A DNA stretch of 32,000 nt from Promethearchaeota archaeon (GCA_030606485.1 JAUWGH010000004.1:1-32000), one strand, 5' to 3'; shown: positions 7,672 through 17,927, counted from the first letter of the stretch. Notes: generated from the letters alone by a model not told the origin. A program made the numbers and translations.

Positions 7672-8655
7672 TTAAGATTTTGTACTATTTACCACAGTTA
7701 TTACTATATTTCCCGTTTTCTGCCCTGTTTCGACATATCTATGAGCCTCGGGAATTTGTTCCAACGGATAGCGTCTATCTATGACCGATTTTATCTTCCC
7801 CTCCTCAATAAGCTCTTTGAGGAAAATTAAATCCTCAGTCTTTGGGTTTGAGCTCCCAGCTATTACTTTCATTGAGTTCCTTTGGCCTCGAACAACATGT
7901 GACAGCTTAGGGTTGGCTAAAAGAAGGAGCCCATTTTTCTTAAGCGATCTTTTATAATCTGAAAACGAACTCTTGCCTACTACATCAAATATAACATCAT
8001 AGGTCTCTCCGCTTTTGGTAAAATCCTCTTTAGTGTAATCTATTACTTTCTCGGCTCCCAGAGATTTCATCATTTCTAAACTCGTGGGATTACCTACACC
8101 GATTACTTCTGCCCCATAGTACTGGGCAAGTTGAATCGCAAAAGTACCTATAGTTCCAGAAGCACCACTGATAAGAACTTTTTGACCGCTCTGGATATTT
8201 CCTTTTCTAAGAAAATGCAATGCCTCAAGTCCCCCAATAGGAACGGCGGCGGCTTCTTCATAGGTCATATTGGTCGGTTTTATTGCCAACACCCCCATCT
8301 TACGTTCTTCACGCAGACATACGTACTCGGCATAAGATCCAAAACTCATCCCGGTAGTTCCAAAAACTTGGTCACCTTTCTTAAATAGATTTACATCTTT
8401 ACCGACTGATTCAACTTCCCCGGCTAGTTCCATCCCTAGTATGTTTTTTCTTGGTCTTCTGAAACCAAATCCTAATCGCATGAGGGATCTTAACAAGAAA
8501 GAGAATTTGAGACCTCGAAGTTCACAGTCCCCTGCTGTTACTGTTGTCGCATGTATTCTTATCAGCACTTCATTGTCCTTGGGAGTAGGGTTTTCCACCT
8601 CTTTGAGCTGAAGGACATCCGGTGATCCGTATTTTGTGCATACAATTGCTTTCAT
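7672..8655 (-). CDS. MDR-superfamily NAD(P)-dependent oxidoreductase, Zn-independent quinone-reductase-like
   Basis: [26 protein letters not shown] overlap with the upstream paralog at 8652-8655. Confidence 0.93.
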   Translation of the reverse strand: MKAIVCTKYGSPDVLQLKEVENPTPKDNEVLIRIHATTVTAGDCELRGLKFSFLLRSLMRLGFGFRRPRKNILGMELAGEVESVGKDVNLFKKGDQVFGTTGMSFGSYAEYVCLREERKMGVLAIKPTNMTYEEAAAVPIGGLEALHFLRKGNIQSGQKVLISGASGTIGTFAIQLAQYYGAEVIGVGNPTSLEMMKSLGAEKVIDYTKEDFTKSGETYDVIFDVVGKSSFSDYKRSLKKNGLLLLANPKLSHVVRGQRNSMKVIAGSSNPKTEDLIFLKELIEEGKIKSVIDRRYPLEQIPEAHRYVETGQKTGNIVITVVNSTKS

Positions 8656-9584
8656 AAGTATTCCGCCACAATTATTACCACATTTCCCTTTTTGTGCCCT
8701 TTTTCAACGTACTTATGAGCCTCGGCAATCTGTTCCAACGGATAGCGTCTATCTATGACCGATTTTATCTTTCCCGCCTCAATAAGCTCTTTGAGGAAGA
8801 TTAGATCTTCAGTCTTTACGTCGCCTCCGCCTCCGGAATCCCTTAAAACGTTAAGATAGATTCCTGTCTTCTTTAGAGACTTTTTACCTCGTGAAGACGA
8901 AATCTTGCCTACAGCGTCAAAGATAACATCATATGTCTCACCGCTTTGGGTAAAATCCTCTTGAGTGTAATCAATTACCTTATCGGCTCCTATAGATCTC
9001 ACCATTTCTAAATTAGTTGTACTGCAAACCCCGGTGACCTCTGCCCCGAATGATTTGGCAAGTTGTACCGCATAGGTACCTACACTTCCAGAAGCGCCAT
9101 AGATCAGAACTTTTTGTCCACTCTGGATATTTGCCTTTCTAAGAGTACACAATGCTGTAATTCCCCCAGAAGCAACACCAGCAGCGGCTTCTTCAAAGGT
9201 CATATTGGTCGGTTTTAGTGCCAGCATCCCGTCTTCAGGCAGACATTTGTACTCGGCATAACCACCAAAATCCGAGAAAAAGGTAGATGCAAAAACTTGG
9301 TCACCTTTCTTGAACAGCTTTACATCTTTGCCTACTGATTCAATTTCCCCAGCTAGCTCCATCCCTAGTATAGCTCTCTTTGGTTTTCTAAGACCTAAAT
9401 ATATTCGCGCGAAGATCCATTGCCAGCGAGGAACATCGAAACTTCGCATTCTCACGTCCCCTGCTGTTACTGTTGTCGCATATACTTTTACCAGTACTTC
9501 ATTGTCCTTGGGAGTAGACTTTTCTACCTCTTTGAGCTGAAGAACATCCGGTGGTCCGTATTTTGTATATACAATCGCTTTCAT
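8652..9584 (-). CDS. MDR-superfamily NAD(P)-dependent oxidoreductase, Zn-independent quinone-reductase-like
   Basis: [33 protein letters not shown]. Confidence 0.93.
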   Translation of the reverse strand: MKAIVYTKYGPPDVLQLKEVEKSTPKDNEVLVKVYATTVTAGDVRMRSFDVPRWQWIFARIYLGLRKPKRAILGMELAGEIESVGKDVKLFKKGDQVFASTFFSDFGGYAEYKCLPEDGMLALKPTNMTFEEAAAGVASGGITALCTLRKANIQSGQKVLIYGASGSVGTYAVQLAKSFGAEVTGVCSTTNLEMVRSIGADKVIDYTQEDFTQSGETYDVIFDAVGKISSSRGKKSLKKTGIYLNVLRDSGGGGDVKTEDLIFLKELIEAGKIKSVIDRRYPLEQIAEAHKYVEKGHKKGNVVIIVAEYL

Positions 9585-9733
9585 AAGTATTCCTCCTTAT
9601 TTGATTTCACTTCCTCTATGGCTTTCTTGCCCGCATAAGTCTTTCTCAAATCCTTGACTTCAATAGCATTCGGATTATCGGAACCAAATATTAATCCTTT
9701 GCTAGTCTTGTCTATATTTTTTGATTTTGACAT
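9581..9733 (-). pseudogene. 50-aa ORF resembling the N-terminal stump of an ABC-transporter ATPase
   Basis: Not in the track. Reads [61 protein letters not shown] is the typical first strands of an ABC ATPase but there is no Walker A. The stop overlaps the MDR start (ATGA). Confidence 0.6.
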
Positions 9734-9745
9734 TGTTTCTATATC

Positions 9746-9865
9746 TATTTTGTTTTTAAATTAGATTAGAATTTGTTTAAAAGAGAATATAGATCTATAT
9801 ATAAAACTAATCCTTATATTTTATTTATTTGATCAAAGAATTAAAGGAGTGATATATTTTAATAG
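9746..9865 (-). promoter_or_regulatory. duplicated promoter-like segment, copy 2
   Basis: Direct repeat of 6257-6378. TATA-like TTTTATATA on the minus strand about 65 nt upstream of the ATG at 9733. Confidence 0.75.
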
Positions 9866-9962
9866 CAGATTTTTATGAAACTAATAATAATAATTATCTA
9901 AGAAATAATATTGTCATTTTTTAAAGATTAAAAAAGAATTGTTATTTATCTTAGATTTTTTT

Positions 9963-10187
9963 TTAAAATCTTTTTTCTTCTTGTAATTTTTTATTCTCTA
10001 GTCTCTTTCTAACAACACAATAAACTTCACCGTTAAACATAGTCTTATAACATGAATTACAGCTAATACAATGTGCTGGCGAGATATCACCACTCTTCCA
10101 AAGGTTTGGAAGGTCTGGTTCGTGTATAAGAGGTTTACTCATCGATATAAAATCTGTATAATTTTCGCCTTCAGGAAATTTTTTCAC
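9963..10187 (-). pseudogene. C-terminal stump of an NADH:flavin oxidoreductase (Old Yellow Enzyme family)
   Basis: DFISMSKPLIHEPDL...CISCNSC resembles the D.IS..RP...EP.L and CxxCxxC end of OYE-family enzymes. The rest of the barrel is absent and ilvE ends 9 nt upstream. Confidence 0.7.
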
Positions 10188-10196
10188 AGAAAAAAT

Positions 10197-11273
10197 TTAA
10201 TCTTTGGTTGCTTTTTGAATCCAACCAAACTTATCTTCTATTTTTCCCCATTGAATTCCAGTTATTGTATCATATAGTTTTTGAGTCAGTTTTCCAACTT
10301 TAAAATCGTTAATTGTATAATCTTTACCTTTATAGCCTAATAATCCAACAGGTGTAATTACTGCTGCAGTACCACTTCCAAATGCCTCATCTAATTTACC
10401 ATTCTCAAATGCATTAATAACCTCATCTATGGCTAGATTTCTCTCTTCAACTTTTATTCCTTCGGATTTACATAACTGTATCACAGAATCTCTTGTTATA
10501 CCAGGTAAGATTGTTCCTGTTAGAGGTGAAGTGATTACAACTCCATCTATCACAAAAAACATATTCATTGTACCCACTTCTTCTACATATTTTCTCTCTT
10601 GGGCGTCTAGCCATAATACTTGTGCATATCCCTCTTTTTCCGCTTCTTTAGTTGCAAATAAACTAGCTGCATAATTTCCACAAGTTTTTGCTTGCCCAAC
10701 ACCACCATCTGCTGCTCGGATATATTTATCTTCGACCTTAATTTTAACTGGATTAAAACCCGTAGCATAATAGGCTCCGACGGGACTTAATATTATGTAT
10801 AATATATATTGACCACTTGGATGCACACCAAGAAACGGTTCTGAAGCTATATAGGTTGGTCTTATATAGAGAGATGTTCCTTCTGAATGGGGAACCCAAT
10901 GTTTTTCAATAGTGATTAATTCTTTAAGAGCATCAAGGACAAAATCGGGATCAAACCTTGCCATTACCATCCGGTCTGCAGACATTTGAAGTCTCTCGAA
11001 ATTTTTTTCTGGTCTAAATAAATTTATTCCGTCTTCTGTTCTATAAGCTTTCATTCCCTCAAATATTGCCTGTCCGTAATGGAGAACACATGCAGCAGGA
11101 TCAAGAACTAATGGCTCATATTTTTTAATTTCTGCATCATACCAGCCTTTTCCTTCATCATAATACATTATAAACATATGATCCGTGAAAATTTTACCAA
11201 AACCTAGGGTACTCTCATCTTCTGGGAGTTTTCTTCTTTCATTTTCTGGAATTGTATTAATTTTTAATTCCAT
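10197..11273 (-). CDS. ilvE: branched-chain amino acid aminotransferase
   Basis: LHYGQAIFEGMKAY, LYIRP, AKTCGNY (PLP Lys), EEVGTMN, ILPGITR, FGSGTAAVITP. Confidence 0.97.
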   Translation of the reverse strand: MELKINTIPENERRKLPEDESTLGFGKIFTDHMFIMYYDEGKGWYDAEIKKYEPLVLDPAACVLHYGQAIFEGMKAYRTEDGINLFRPEKNFERLQMSADRMVMARFDPDFVLDALKELITIEKHWVPHSEGTSLYIRPTYIASEPFLGVHPSGQYILYIILSPVGAYYATGFNPVKIKVEDKYIRAADGGVGQAKTCGNYAASLFATKEAEKEGYAQVLWLDAQERKYVEEVGTMNMFFVIDGVVITSPLTGTILPGITRDSVIQLCKSEGIKVEERNLAIDEVINAFENGKLDEAFGSGTAAVITPVGLLGYKGKDYTINDFKVGKLTQKLYDTITGIQWGKIEDKFGWIQKATKD

Positions 11274-11456
11274 ATTCTTTTATTTCCTTTAAATTTTAAT
11301 TTTTATAAAACTTATACGCCTTGTTTAAAAAATTATTGCTATGATAATATAAAAATTTTGATAAGGGAATAACGTTTTGTGGGCTATTTTTCCCAAATTA
11401 AATTAAAACTATAAGAATTACATATTGAATAATTTCAAAAGACACCCTTCCTAATT

Positions 11457-13232
11457 CTATTGGATTGGATTTTTTGGAATAGTAAAAGTAAAGGTGCTAC
11501 CCTCTCCTAATTTACTAGTAAAATACATCTCACCTCCATGTAGATTTACTAGTTTTTTAGCAAGAGTTAATCCTAATCCTGTGCCAAGAGTTGAAGATAC
11601 GTAGAGAGATTCAACTCTTTTATATTCTTTAAAAATTAATTCATAATTTTCTTTCGCAATTCCAATACCGGTATCAATTACATTAAATTTCCAACGATTA
11701 TTATCCTCCATAATTTGAAGTGTTATCCCTCCTTTTATTGTGTATTTTATTGCATTGCTTAGTAAATTGTAGAAGATTTCCTTCAATCTTACAAGATCAG
11801 CGTATATACTTTTTGGCTCATTTAAGCCTTCTACTTGAAAATATAGACTTTTTTTTGAATATAAGGGTTTTAGAACAGATTTAATTTCATTTATCAGAGC
11901 ATTCAATTCAAAGTTTTGTACATTCAATTTTAATTCTCCAGATTCTATCTTTGATATTTCTAAGATATGATCTATAAGTTCTAGTAAATGATCGGAGGAG
12001 GATTTAATATCACTGAGAAAATCAATTTGATCTTCGTTTAAATTACCATAAGATTCGTCTAAAAGTAAATCGGAGAAACCTATAATAGCATTCAACGGTG
12101 TTCTTAAATCATGAGACATAGAGGATAGAAAATTAGTTTTAAATTGCGATGCTTTTATAATATTATCGATATATATCTTTTGTTTTGTTATATCCCTTCC
12201 AATATAAATAGTTCCTCTTAGTTCACTATTTTCATCTCTAAATAATGAGATAGATAAAGAAATAGGTATTTTTTTTCCATTATTTGTTTTAAAAAATGTT
12301 TCTATGGTAGGATTAGAATCCATACTCCCATAATTTACAAGTAATTGTTTTTTATGATTAGAAATTTCATCATTTTCTTCTGAAAATAGAATATCAACAA
12401 GATTATCAATAAGTTCATTTTCTTGATAATTAGAAAGCTTTAATGTTGTTTGATTAACTGCTTTTATTTCATCTTTAAGGTTAGTTAGAATTACCACATC
12501 TGATAAACTATTTGTTATGTTTTCTGCAACTGTCATAAAATCCAAAATAAATAATTTAAATTTCCAAATTGCATAACCTATTAAAATACTAGTTAGAGTA
12601 AAGCTGGTTGTACCGAATTCCGGAATATCTGACTCAAATATTACTGCCAAAACAAAATCAAAAATAAGATAAATAATTAGAGAAAAAAATAATCCAATTG
12701 AAAAATATTTTGCTTGTAACTTTTTTCTATGATCTGTAGTAATATAATAACAACGTACACATAAAATTATTGATAAAACTGGTAAAAGAATAACCCATAA
12801 TAAGTAAAAGTTTAGTAAGAATGAATTTTCTTGATATAAATAGGTCCAGCCCCAATTCTTTTTCTGAGGTCCCACTAAAATAAGAGGAGTTGCGAAATCT
12901 AAACAAATCAAAATACCAGTTGGGATATAGATTAACGGAAATAATATTTTTTTACTTTTATTTTTGGATATCTTTGAAAAAATAAGGCAAAAATGAAATA
13001 GAAAACTAAGTGCTAAAGGAAATAATAACGTCAATTTTAACCAGAAACAAGCTGTGGCAAAACTTTCTGCATGTCTCATAGAAAATTCTGAATAACACAC
13101 AGAACTATAAGATAAACAATATAACATGAATAAAATATTCAATGGATTTTTAGTATTTTTTGCAAATATAAAAGCACCCATAAATAAAGCAATAACAGCA
13201 GATATCAAAGGTAAAATAGTAAAAATATTCAT
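11457..13232 (-). CDS. membrane sensor histidine kinase (7TM N-terminus, PAS, HisKA, HATPase)
   Basis: About 7 hydrophobic segments, PAS-like region ending IGRDIT, H-box SHDLRTPLN, N-box NLLSNAIKYT, DTGIGI, GTGLGL. Confidence 0.95.
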   Translation of the reverse strand: MNIFTILPLISAVIALFMGAFIFAKNTKNPLNILFMLYCLSYSSVCYSEFSMRHAESFATACFWLKLTLLFPLALSFLFHFCLIFSKISKNKSKKILFPLIYIPTGILICLDFATPLILVGPQKKNWGWTYLYQENSFLLNFYLLWVILLPVLSIILCVRCYYITTDHRKKLQAKYFSIGLFFSLIIYLIFDFVLAVIFESDIPEFGTTSFTLTSILIGYAIWKFKLFILDFMTVAENITNSLSDVVILTNLKDEIKAVNQTTLKLSNYQENELIDNLVDILFSEENDEISNHKKQLLVNYGSMDSNPTIETFFKTNNGKKIPISLSISLFRDENSELRGTIYIGRDITKQKIYIDNIIKASQFKTNFLSSMSHDLRTPLNAIIGFSDLLLDESYGNLNEDQIDFLSDIKSSSDHLLELIDHILEISKIESGELKLNVQNFELNALINEIKSVLKPLYSKKSLYFQVEGLNEPKSIYADLVRLKEIFYNLLSNAIKYTIKGGITLQIMEDNNRWKFNVIDTGIGIAKENYELIFKEYKRVESLYVSSTLGTGLGLTLAKKLVNLHGGEMYFTSKLGEGSTFTFTIPKNPIQ

Positions 13233-13459
13233 TTTAAAAATCTATAGGTTTTATTTTTTTGTTTGTTTTAAATTTTTGTCTTGTAATTGAAACTAAATGG
13301 TTTAAACTAAAATTTACAATAAGAAAATGAAAACTTATGCATTTAAATCTACTTATTAGGAATTTCTCTATTCAATTGAAAAATTTCAAAAATTTTATTA
13401 CTTTTAATTAACATTTTTTTAAATCAAATATTTTTAATTTTAGGATTTGTGATATAACA

Positions 13460-13645
13460 ATGAGAAAAGTAAAATGTAAAGGTTGCGGTAAAAAATTAGA
13501 TATAAAAGATGCAGATAGTTATGGTAAATGTATGGATTGTGGAGAAATTTTTTGCAAGAAATGTTTAAGATCATGTCCTGATTGTGGTGATTCTCCATTT
13601 TGTGCTGATTGTATGGAGGCACATTTAGCTGATCATGATTTTTAA
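13460..13645 (+). CDS. Cys/His-rich multi-zinc microprotein
   Basis: Five CxxC pairs plus HxxxH in 61 aa. It fills the gap between two minus-strand genes. Confidence 0.8.
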   Translation: MRKVKCKGCGKKLDIKDADSYGKCMDCGEIFCKKCLRSCPDCGDSPFCADCMEAHLADHDF

Positions 13646-13651
13646 TATTAA

Positions 13652-14692
13652 TTAATATTGACCTAATTTTTCTATTAATGCTTTAGCAAAACCAATATTC
13701 CTGCTCGCCATTTCAAAAGGTTCCCATGGCCACTCACATCCTGCAGCATACATGAACCTTCCACCTGGTTTTCCAACTTCAATTGTATTGGAAATTTCAT
13801 TAATAACTTCCAAAGGTGAATATTTTGTGCTTCCAAGAATCATTGTATTTGTATTACCTCTAATACAATTATTTTTTCCTATTTTTTCCTTAGCCATTTT
13901 CAAATCAACTTGATAATCCAGATCCAAAATTGCTGCATTTGTACTAGAAACTAATTTTAGCATATCTCGACCTTCTCCATCGACTACTGAATTATCTCCA
14001 CAGATATGGTATAAAACAGGAACATCTTTTTGGATATAGTTAAATAATTCTCTAGTGGCATTTAAACAACATTTTTCATATCTCATAGGTCCAATTTGAG
14101 ATATTGCTGAATCGCCAGCGCCTATAATATCTGCTCCAGCTTCAATTTGTAATTTAGCGAATTTTTTTTGAACGGGTAGAATTCTATCAATTAACCCTCT
14201 AATTTCTTCAGCCCAATTTTTTTTCTTGCATAATAATAAAACATTTATTAAGTCGAATAAACAACATATCTCAGCGAATGGTGCTTCAATCCATCCAACA
14301 ATACATTGTTTTCCTCCCACTTTCTCATGAAGTTTCTTAACTGCAGCAACTCTTTTTTGTATTCTTTTATTTTCTAAAATAGTAGGAGTTTCAATGGAGT
14401 TAAAATCTTCAATTTTTATATTTTTTTTCGCAACAGGTGTGTGACTATTCCAATTGATTTCGACACCCCATGCATTTGCTTCCCTATAGGCATCAGTTGA
14501 AACATTAACATGATCAATTCCAAAAAAATTAGAACATTTAATTTGTGCATCCGCTAAAACTTTAGGATTTTGGCAATATTCGTTATAGCTTTTATGGAAT
14601 AACATTGGGGCGAGGTGCATGATGAATGGATTAAAGGGAATCTTTTCAGGGATTCCTTTAATTGCTGATAAGGTTAATTCAAGAGAATTCAT
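13652..14692 (-). CDS. uroporphyrinogen decarboxylase superfamily protein, MtaA/CmuA methyltransferase-like
   Basis: WIEAPFAE, QIEAGADIIGAGDS, Zn motif YHICGD and late AAGCE, typical of MtaA/CmuA-type enzymes. Confidence 0.85.
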   Translation of the reverse strand: MNSLELTLSAIKGIPEKIPFNPFIMHLAPMLFHKSYNEYCQNPKVLADAQIKCSNFFGIDHVNVSTDAYREANAWGVEINWNSHTPVAKKNIKIEDFNSIETPTILENKRIQKRVAAVKKLHEKVGGKQCIVGWIEAPFAEICCLFDLINVLLLCKKKNWAEEIRGLIDRILPVQKKFAKLQIEAGADIIGAGDSAISQIGPMRYEKCCLNATRELFNYIQKDVPVLYHICGDNSVVDGEGRDMLKLVSSTNAAILDLDYQVDLKMAKEKIGKNNCIRGNTNTMILGSTKYSPLEVINEISNTIEVGKPGGRFMYAAGCEWPWEPFEMASRNIGFAKALIEKLGQY

Positions 14693-15600
14693 TTAAAATC
14701 ATCATTTTTTAAGATTTTTATGAATTGATAAAAATATTTATATGCATTATTATAGTGTTTATCATTTTTTGAATATTCTATTCCGTTGGAAAATAATTTC
14801 TTGAACCCTTCCATATCTTTTGTTTTAATTGTTTTTCTATAGGATTTTAATAAGTGTTCAAATAATTCAAGGATTTTTTGAAATTGTAAATTATCCATTT
14901 GAATTTCTCCAATCATTTCCACTTCCTTTTGAATAATATTTTCAGCGAAAAGTTTTTGTAATAAAAATGTTGTTCCTGTATATTTCATTAACTCATCAAG
15001 AGGTTGATTTGATTCTTTTATTAGATTTAAAAATAGGATGTTAAACATATGTGGAACCCCCAATGTTAATGCTATCATCATATCATGAAAATCTAATGTA
15101 GTTTCAGTAATTTTAAGGCCTTCTTTTTTAAAAAGACTAAAAAGCTCATTAGTAATTGACTCATATTGATCGGTTCCGCCAATTTTTAGATATAAAATCA
15201 CAAAATTCTTTAAATCTTTTATACCAGGTCCAAACATAGGATGTAGTGAAATACAATTTATTGGATATCTTTCTTGGACTTTTCTTAATGACTTGACCAC
15301 TTCATATTTTAATGAAGTTATATCGAAAATTAAAGCATTTTCTTTTAAATATTGAGCAACTTTTTCTATCATTTCAGGTGTAGATCTAATAGGGATTGAA
15401 ACCATCACAATATCAGCATTTGAGACGCTTTTTTGGAGATTCAATTCATACTTAACACCAACTTCTTGTGATACTTTCTTTAACCTTTCTTCATTTCTTG
15501 CCATCAACGTTACATCAAATCCGTGTTTTTTAAAAAATCTAGCAAATATTCTGCCTAATCCACCCGAACCCCCAATAATTGTAATTTTTTTTCCTTTCAT
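14689..15600 (-). CDS. tyrA: prephenate dehydrogenase
   Basis: IIGGSGGLG Rossmann motif, DITSLK, SLHPMFGP, HDMMIA..LGVPH. Confidence 0.93.
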   Translation of the reverse strand: MKGKKITIIGGSGGLGRIFARFFKKHGFDVTLMARNEERLKKVSQEVGVKYELNLQKSVSNADIVMVSIPIRSTPEMIEKVAQYLKENALIFDITSLKYEVVKSLRKVQERYPINCISLHPMFGPGIKDLKNFVILYLKIGGTDQYESITNELFSLFKKEGLKITETTLDFHDMMIALTLGVPHMFNILFLNLIKESNQPLDELMKYTGTTFLLQKLFAENIIQKEVEMIGEIQMDNLQFQKILELFEHLLKSYRKTIKTKDMEGFKKLFSNGIEYSKNDKHYNNAYKYFYQFIKILKNDDFK

Positions 15601-15602
15601 TT

Positions 15603-16463
15603 TTATTTAATCTCCAAAAACTTTTTTACAGTATTCCTCATAAGTTCTTTTTTAGGAGTTTTTTCAATCCACCATTCAAATGCTAAAAATCCTTGATTTA
15701 CAAGCATATCTAACCCACCCAATGTCTTGCAACCGATATCTTCAGCATTTTTTAGTAATTTTGTTTTCAATGGATTATAAATTATATCAAAAACAAATAA
15801 GTTTTTATTTAGAAATTCTTTAGGAACTGGAGTTTCTTCAATTTTTGGATACATTCCAATCGGGGAAGTATTAATTAAGATATCTGATGTAGCACAAAAT
15901 TTTTTCAAGTTGTAATTAGAAATAGCATCGGCAAATGTTTTTACTCCAGTTCTTACATTTAATTCTTTCGCCAATAATTTTGATCTTTCTTTTCGAATAT
16001 TTAAAAATATAATCTGAGCAACATCTTCTGCTATGAAGTAGCTCAATGCTCTTGCAGCTCCACCAGCTCCTATAAATAGTACTTTTTTATCTGATAATTC
16101 ACAACCATTTTCAATTAAAGAATGTTTTCCTCCAGCACCATCAGTATTTCTTGCTTTTAAATAACCATTTTCGTTTTTAATTGTATTTATAGCCCCAATA
16201 TTCTTTGCAATGGGATCAATCTCATCTAAATATTCCATTATTGCCTCTTTATGAGGTATAGTGACACTAATTCCCTTGATATTTAATGCTCTGAAACCAT
16301 CTATTGCTTTACTTAAATCTTGAGGTTCAATATCAAAAGCTAAATACACATAATCAAGATTTAGATCATTAATTGCAATATTATGCATTATTGGACTCAT
16401 GCTGTGATCTATAGGGTGTCCAATAACTCCAAGTATCTTTGTTTTTGCGGTAATAGTGGGCAT
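15603..16463 (-). CDS. aroE: shikimate dehydrogenase
   Basis: GHPIDHSMSPIMHN, VTIPHKE, GAINT, NTD, GAGGAA, NTSPIGM, DIIYNP, GLDMLVNQG. Confidence 0.97.
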   Translation of the reverse strand: MPTITAKTKILGVIGHPIDHSMSPIMHNIAINDLNLDYVYLAFDIEPQDLSKAIDGFRALNIKGISVTIPHKEAIMEYLDEIDPIAKNIGAINTIKNENGYLKARNTDGAGGKHSLIENGCELSDKKVLFIGAGGAARALSYFIAEDVAQIIFLNIRKERSKLLAKELNVRTGVKTFADAISNYNLKKFCATSDILINTSPIGMYPKIEETPVPKEFLNKNLFVFDIIYNPLKTKLLKNAEDIGCKTLGGLDMLVNQGFLAFEWWIEKTPKKELMRNTVKKFLEIK

Positions 16464-16554
16464 AATTTATCAATAAATAGAATTTAATACTTAAATTTTT
16501 AATATATTTTTGTTTTGATATTATTTAATTTAAATGATACTTGGTAAAAAATAA

Positions 16555-17082
16555 ATGGAAAAAAAGCATTCTATAGCTTTAATTGGTTTTATGGGAACTG
16601 GAAAAACGGTTGTCGGAAAAAGTTTAGCAAATAAATTGGATAAAGACTATAAATTCATTGAGACTGACGAGATTATTGAAGAGATGGCTGGCAAATCTAT
16701 TCCAGAAATTTTTAGAGAAGATGGAGAAAATAGATTTAGAGAATTGGAAATAGCTGCCTGTAAGAAAGTTTCTCAATTAAAGAACGTTATTGTATCTTGT
16801 GGTGGCGGTGTTGTTTTAAATAAAATAAATATTGATTATATTAAGCAAGATTTTCATATCGTTTTATTAATTGCTACTCCTGAGGAAATATTGAAAAGAA
16901 TAATGAAAGAGGGTGAAAAAAAAAGACCGCTTCTAGATAGACCAGATCCAATGAAGGAAATTAAGGTTTTATTAAAATTTAGATCTTCTTTTTATGGAGC
17001 TCATGCAGTATTTACAGTAGATACAACCGGTAAGAGTATTGATGAGATTGTTTCTGAAATAATTATTAAAATCGGTATTTAA
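16555..17082 (+). CDS. aroK: shikimate kinase, bacterial P-loop type
   Basis: GFMGTGKT P-loop, IPEIF..DGE..FRELE, SCGGGVV, RPLL lid. Confidence 0.93.
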   Translation: MEKKHSIALIGFMGTGKTVVGKSLANKLDKDYKFIETDEIIEEMAGKSIPEIFREDGENRFRELEIAACKKVSQLKNVIVSCGGGVVLNKINIDYIKQDFHIVLLIATPEEILKRIMKEGEKKRPLLDRPDPMKEIKVLLKFRSSFYGAHAVFTVDTTGKSIDEIVSEIIIKIGI

Positions 17083-17113
17083 TTAGTTCATTGGAAATTA
17101 ATCTTATCTTAGA

Positions 17114-17851
17114 TTAGGAGATGTATTTTAATATTTCTCTTATTGTGGTAATTGATATTTGTCCTGGAGCTGTTTGTTCTTTATAAGACCCATAAGTAAG
17201 ATATGAACCAGCTTTTAGACAAAAGATTCGGGACAGTATTCCCAACTCACCCATACAAAAACTAATAATTTTTTGATTTTCTGTTCCCAATTCTTTACAA
17301 ATTCTTAAAGGAATAATGTTATCTTCAAAATTTTTCGCGTAAAAAATCAATTTTATTAAATAATTTGAAGGAGATTTTTCTAATTTAACAGTAAGTTTAT
17401 CAAATTTTGCTTTAAATTTTGATAATAGTTCTATAACGGTCTCATAATCAGGGGTTTTATTAAAGTTATGGTAAGAAAAGATAATTTTAACATTCTTATT
17501 AGAAGCTTTTTTAATTGCATTTTGTAGGAACTCATCATCATTATCCATTTCAATATCCACATAGGTTGGGCTTAGATTTATCACTTGATTAATTATGTCA
17601 TATCGTTTTTTATTTTCAATATCTAGCTTGCCACCTTCACTAAATTTTCTGAAAGTAAAGATCACGGGAATTTCAACTCCAATAAAAGTGAGTAGTTCTT
17701 TTAAGAAATGGGTAGTTAAGGATTCAATATCCTTAATATAATCTAATCGAAATTCAATGATATTAGGTCTTAATTTTAATAATTCTTCAATTTCTTTTTT
17801 CAATTGATGAATTTCATTTGTTTCTACTGGAACTGGAATACAAATATTCAT
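17114..17851 (-). CDS. aroD: type I 3-dehydroquinate dehydratase
   Basis: IEFRLD, IFTFR..SEGG, YVDIE, SYHNF..TP, IKL (Schiff-base Lys region), FCMGELG..SR, APGQI. Confidence 0.92.
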   Translation of the reverse strand: MNICIPVPVETNEIHQLKKEIEELLKLRPNIIEFRLDYIKDIESLTTHFLKELLTFIGVEIPVIFTFRKFSEGGKLDIENKKRYDIINQVINLSPTYVDIEMDNDDEFLQNAIKKASNKNVKIIFSYHNFNKTPDYETVIELLSKFKAKFDKLTVKLEKSPSNYLIKLIFYAKNFEDNIIPLRICKELGTENQKIISFCMGELGILSRIFCLKAGSYLTYGSYKEQTAPGQISITTIREILKYIS

Positions 17852-17927
17852 TTTCTATTTTTTTAATAGTTATTTTAATAAAAATTAAAATTGGTTTTTA
17901 AGAAAAAAAGAATAAAAAAAATACATT

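Noticed and set aside
1982-10674. Track ORFs 1982..2194, 3006..3470, 3546..3839, 6933..7118, 8131..8388, 9310..9540, 9420..9638, 10071..10277, 10429..10674
   Set aside because: Antisense or alternate-frame shadows of better-supported genes, with no motifs.
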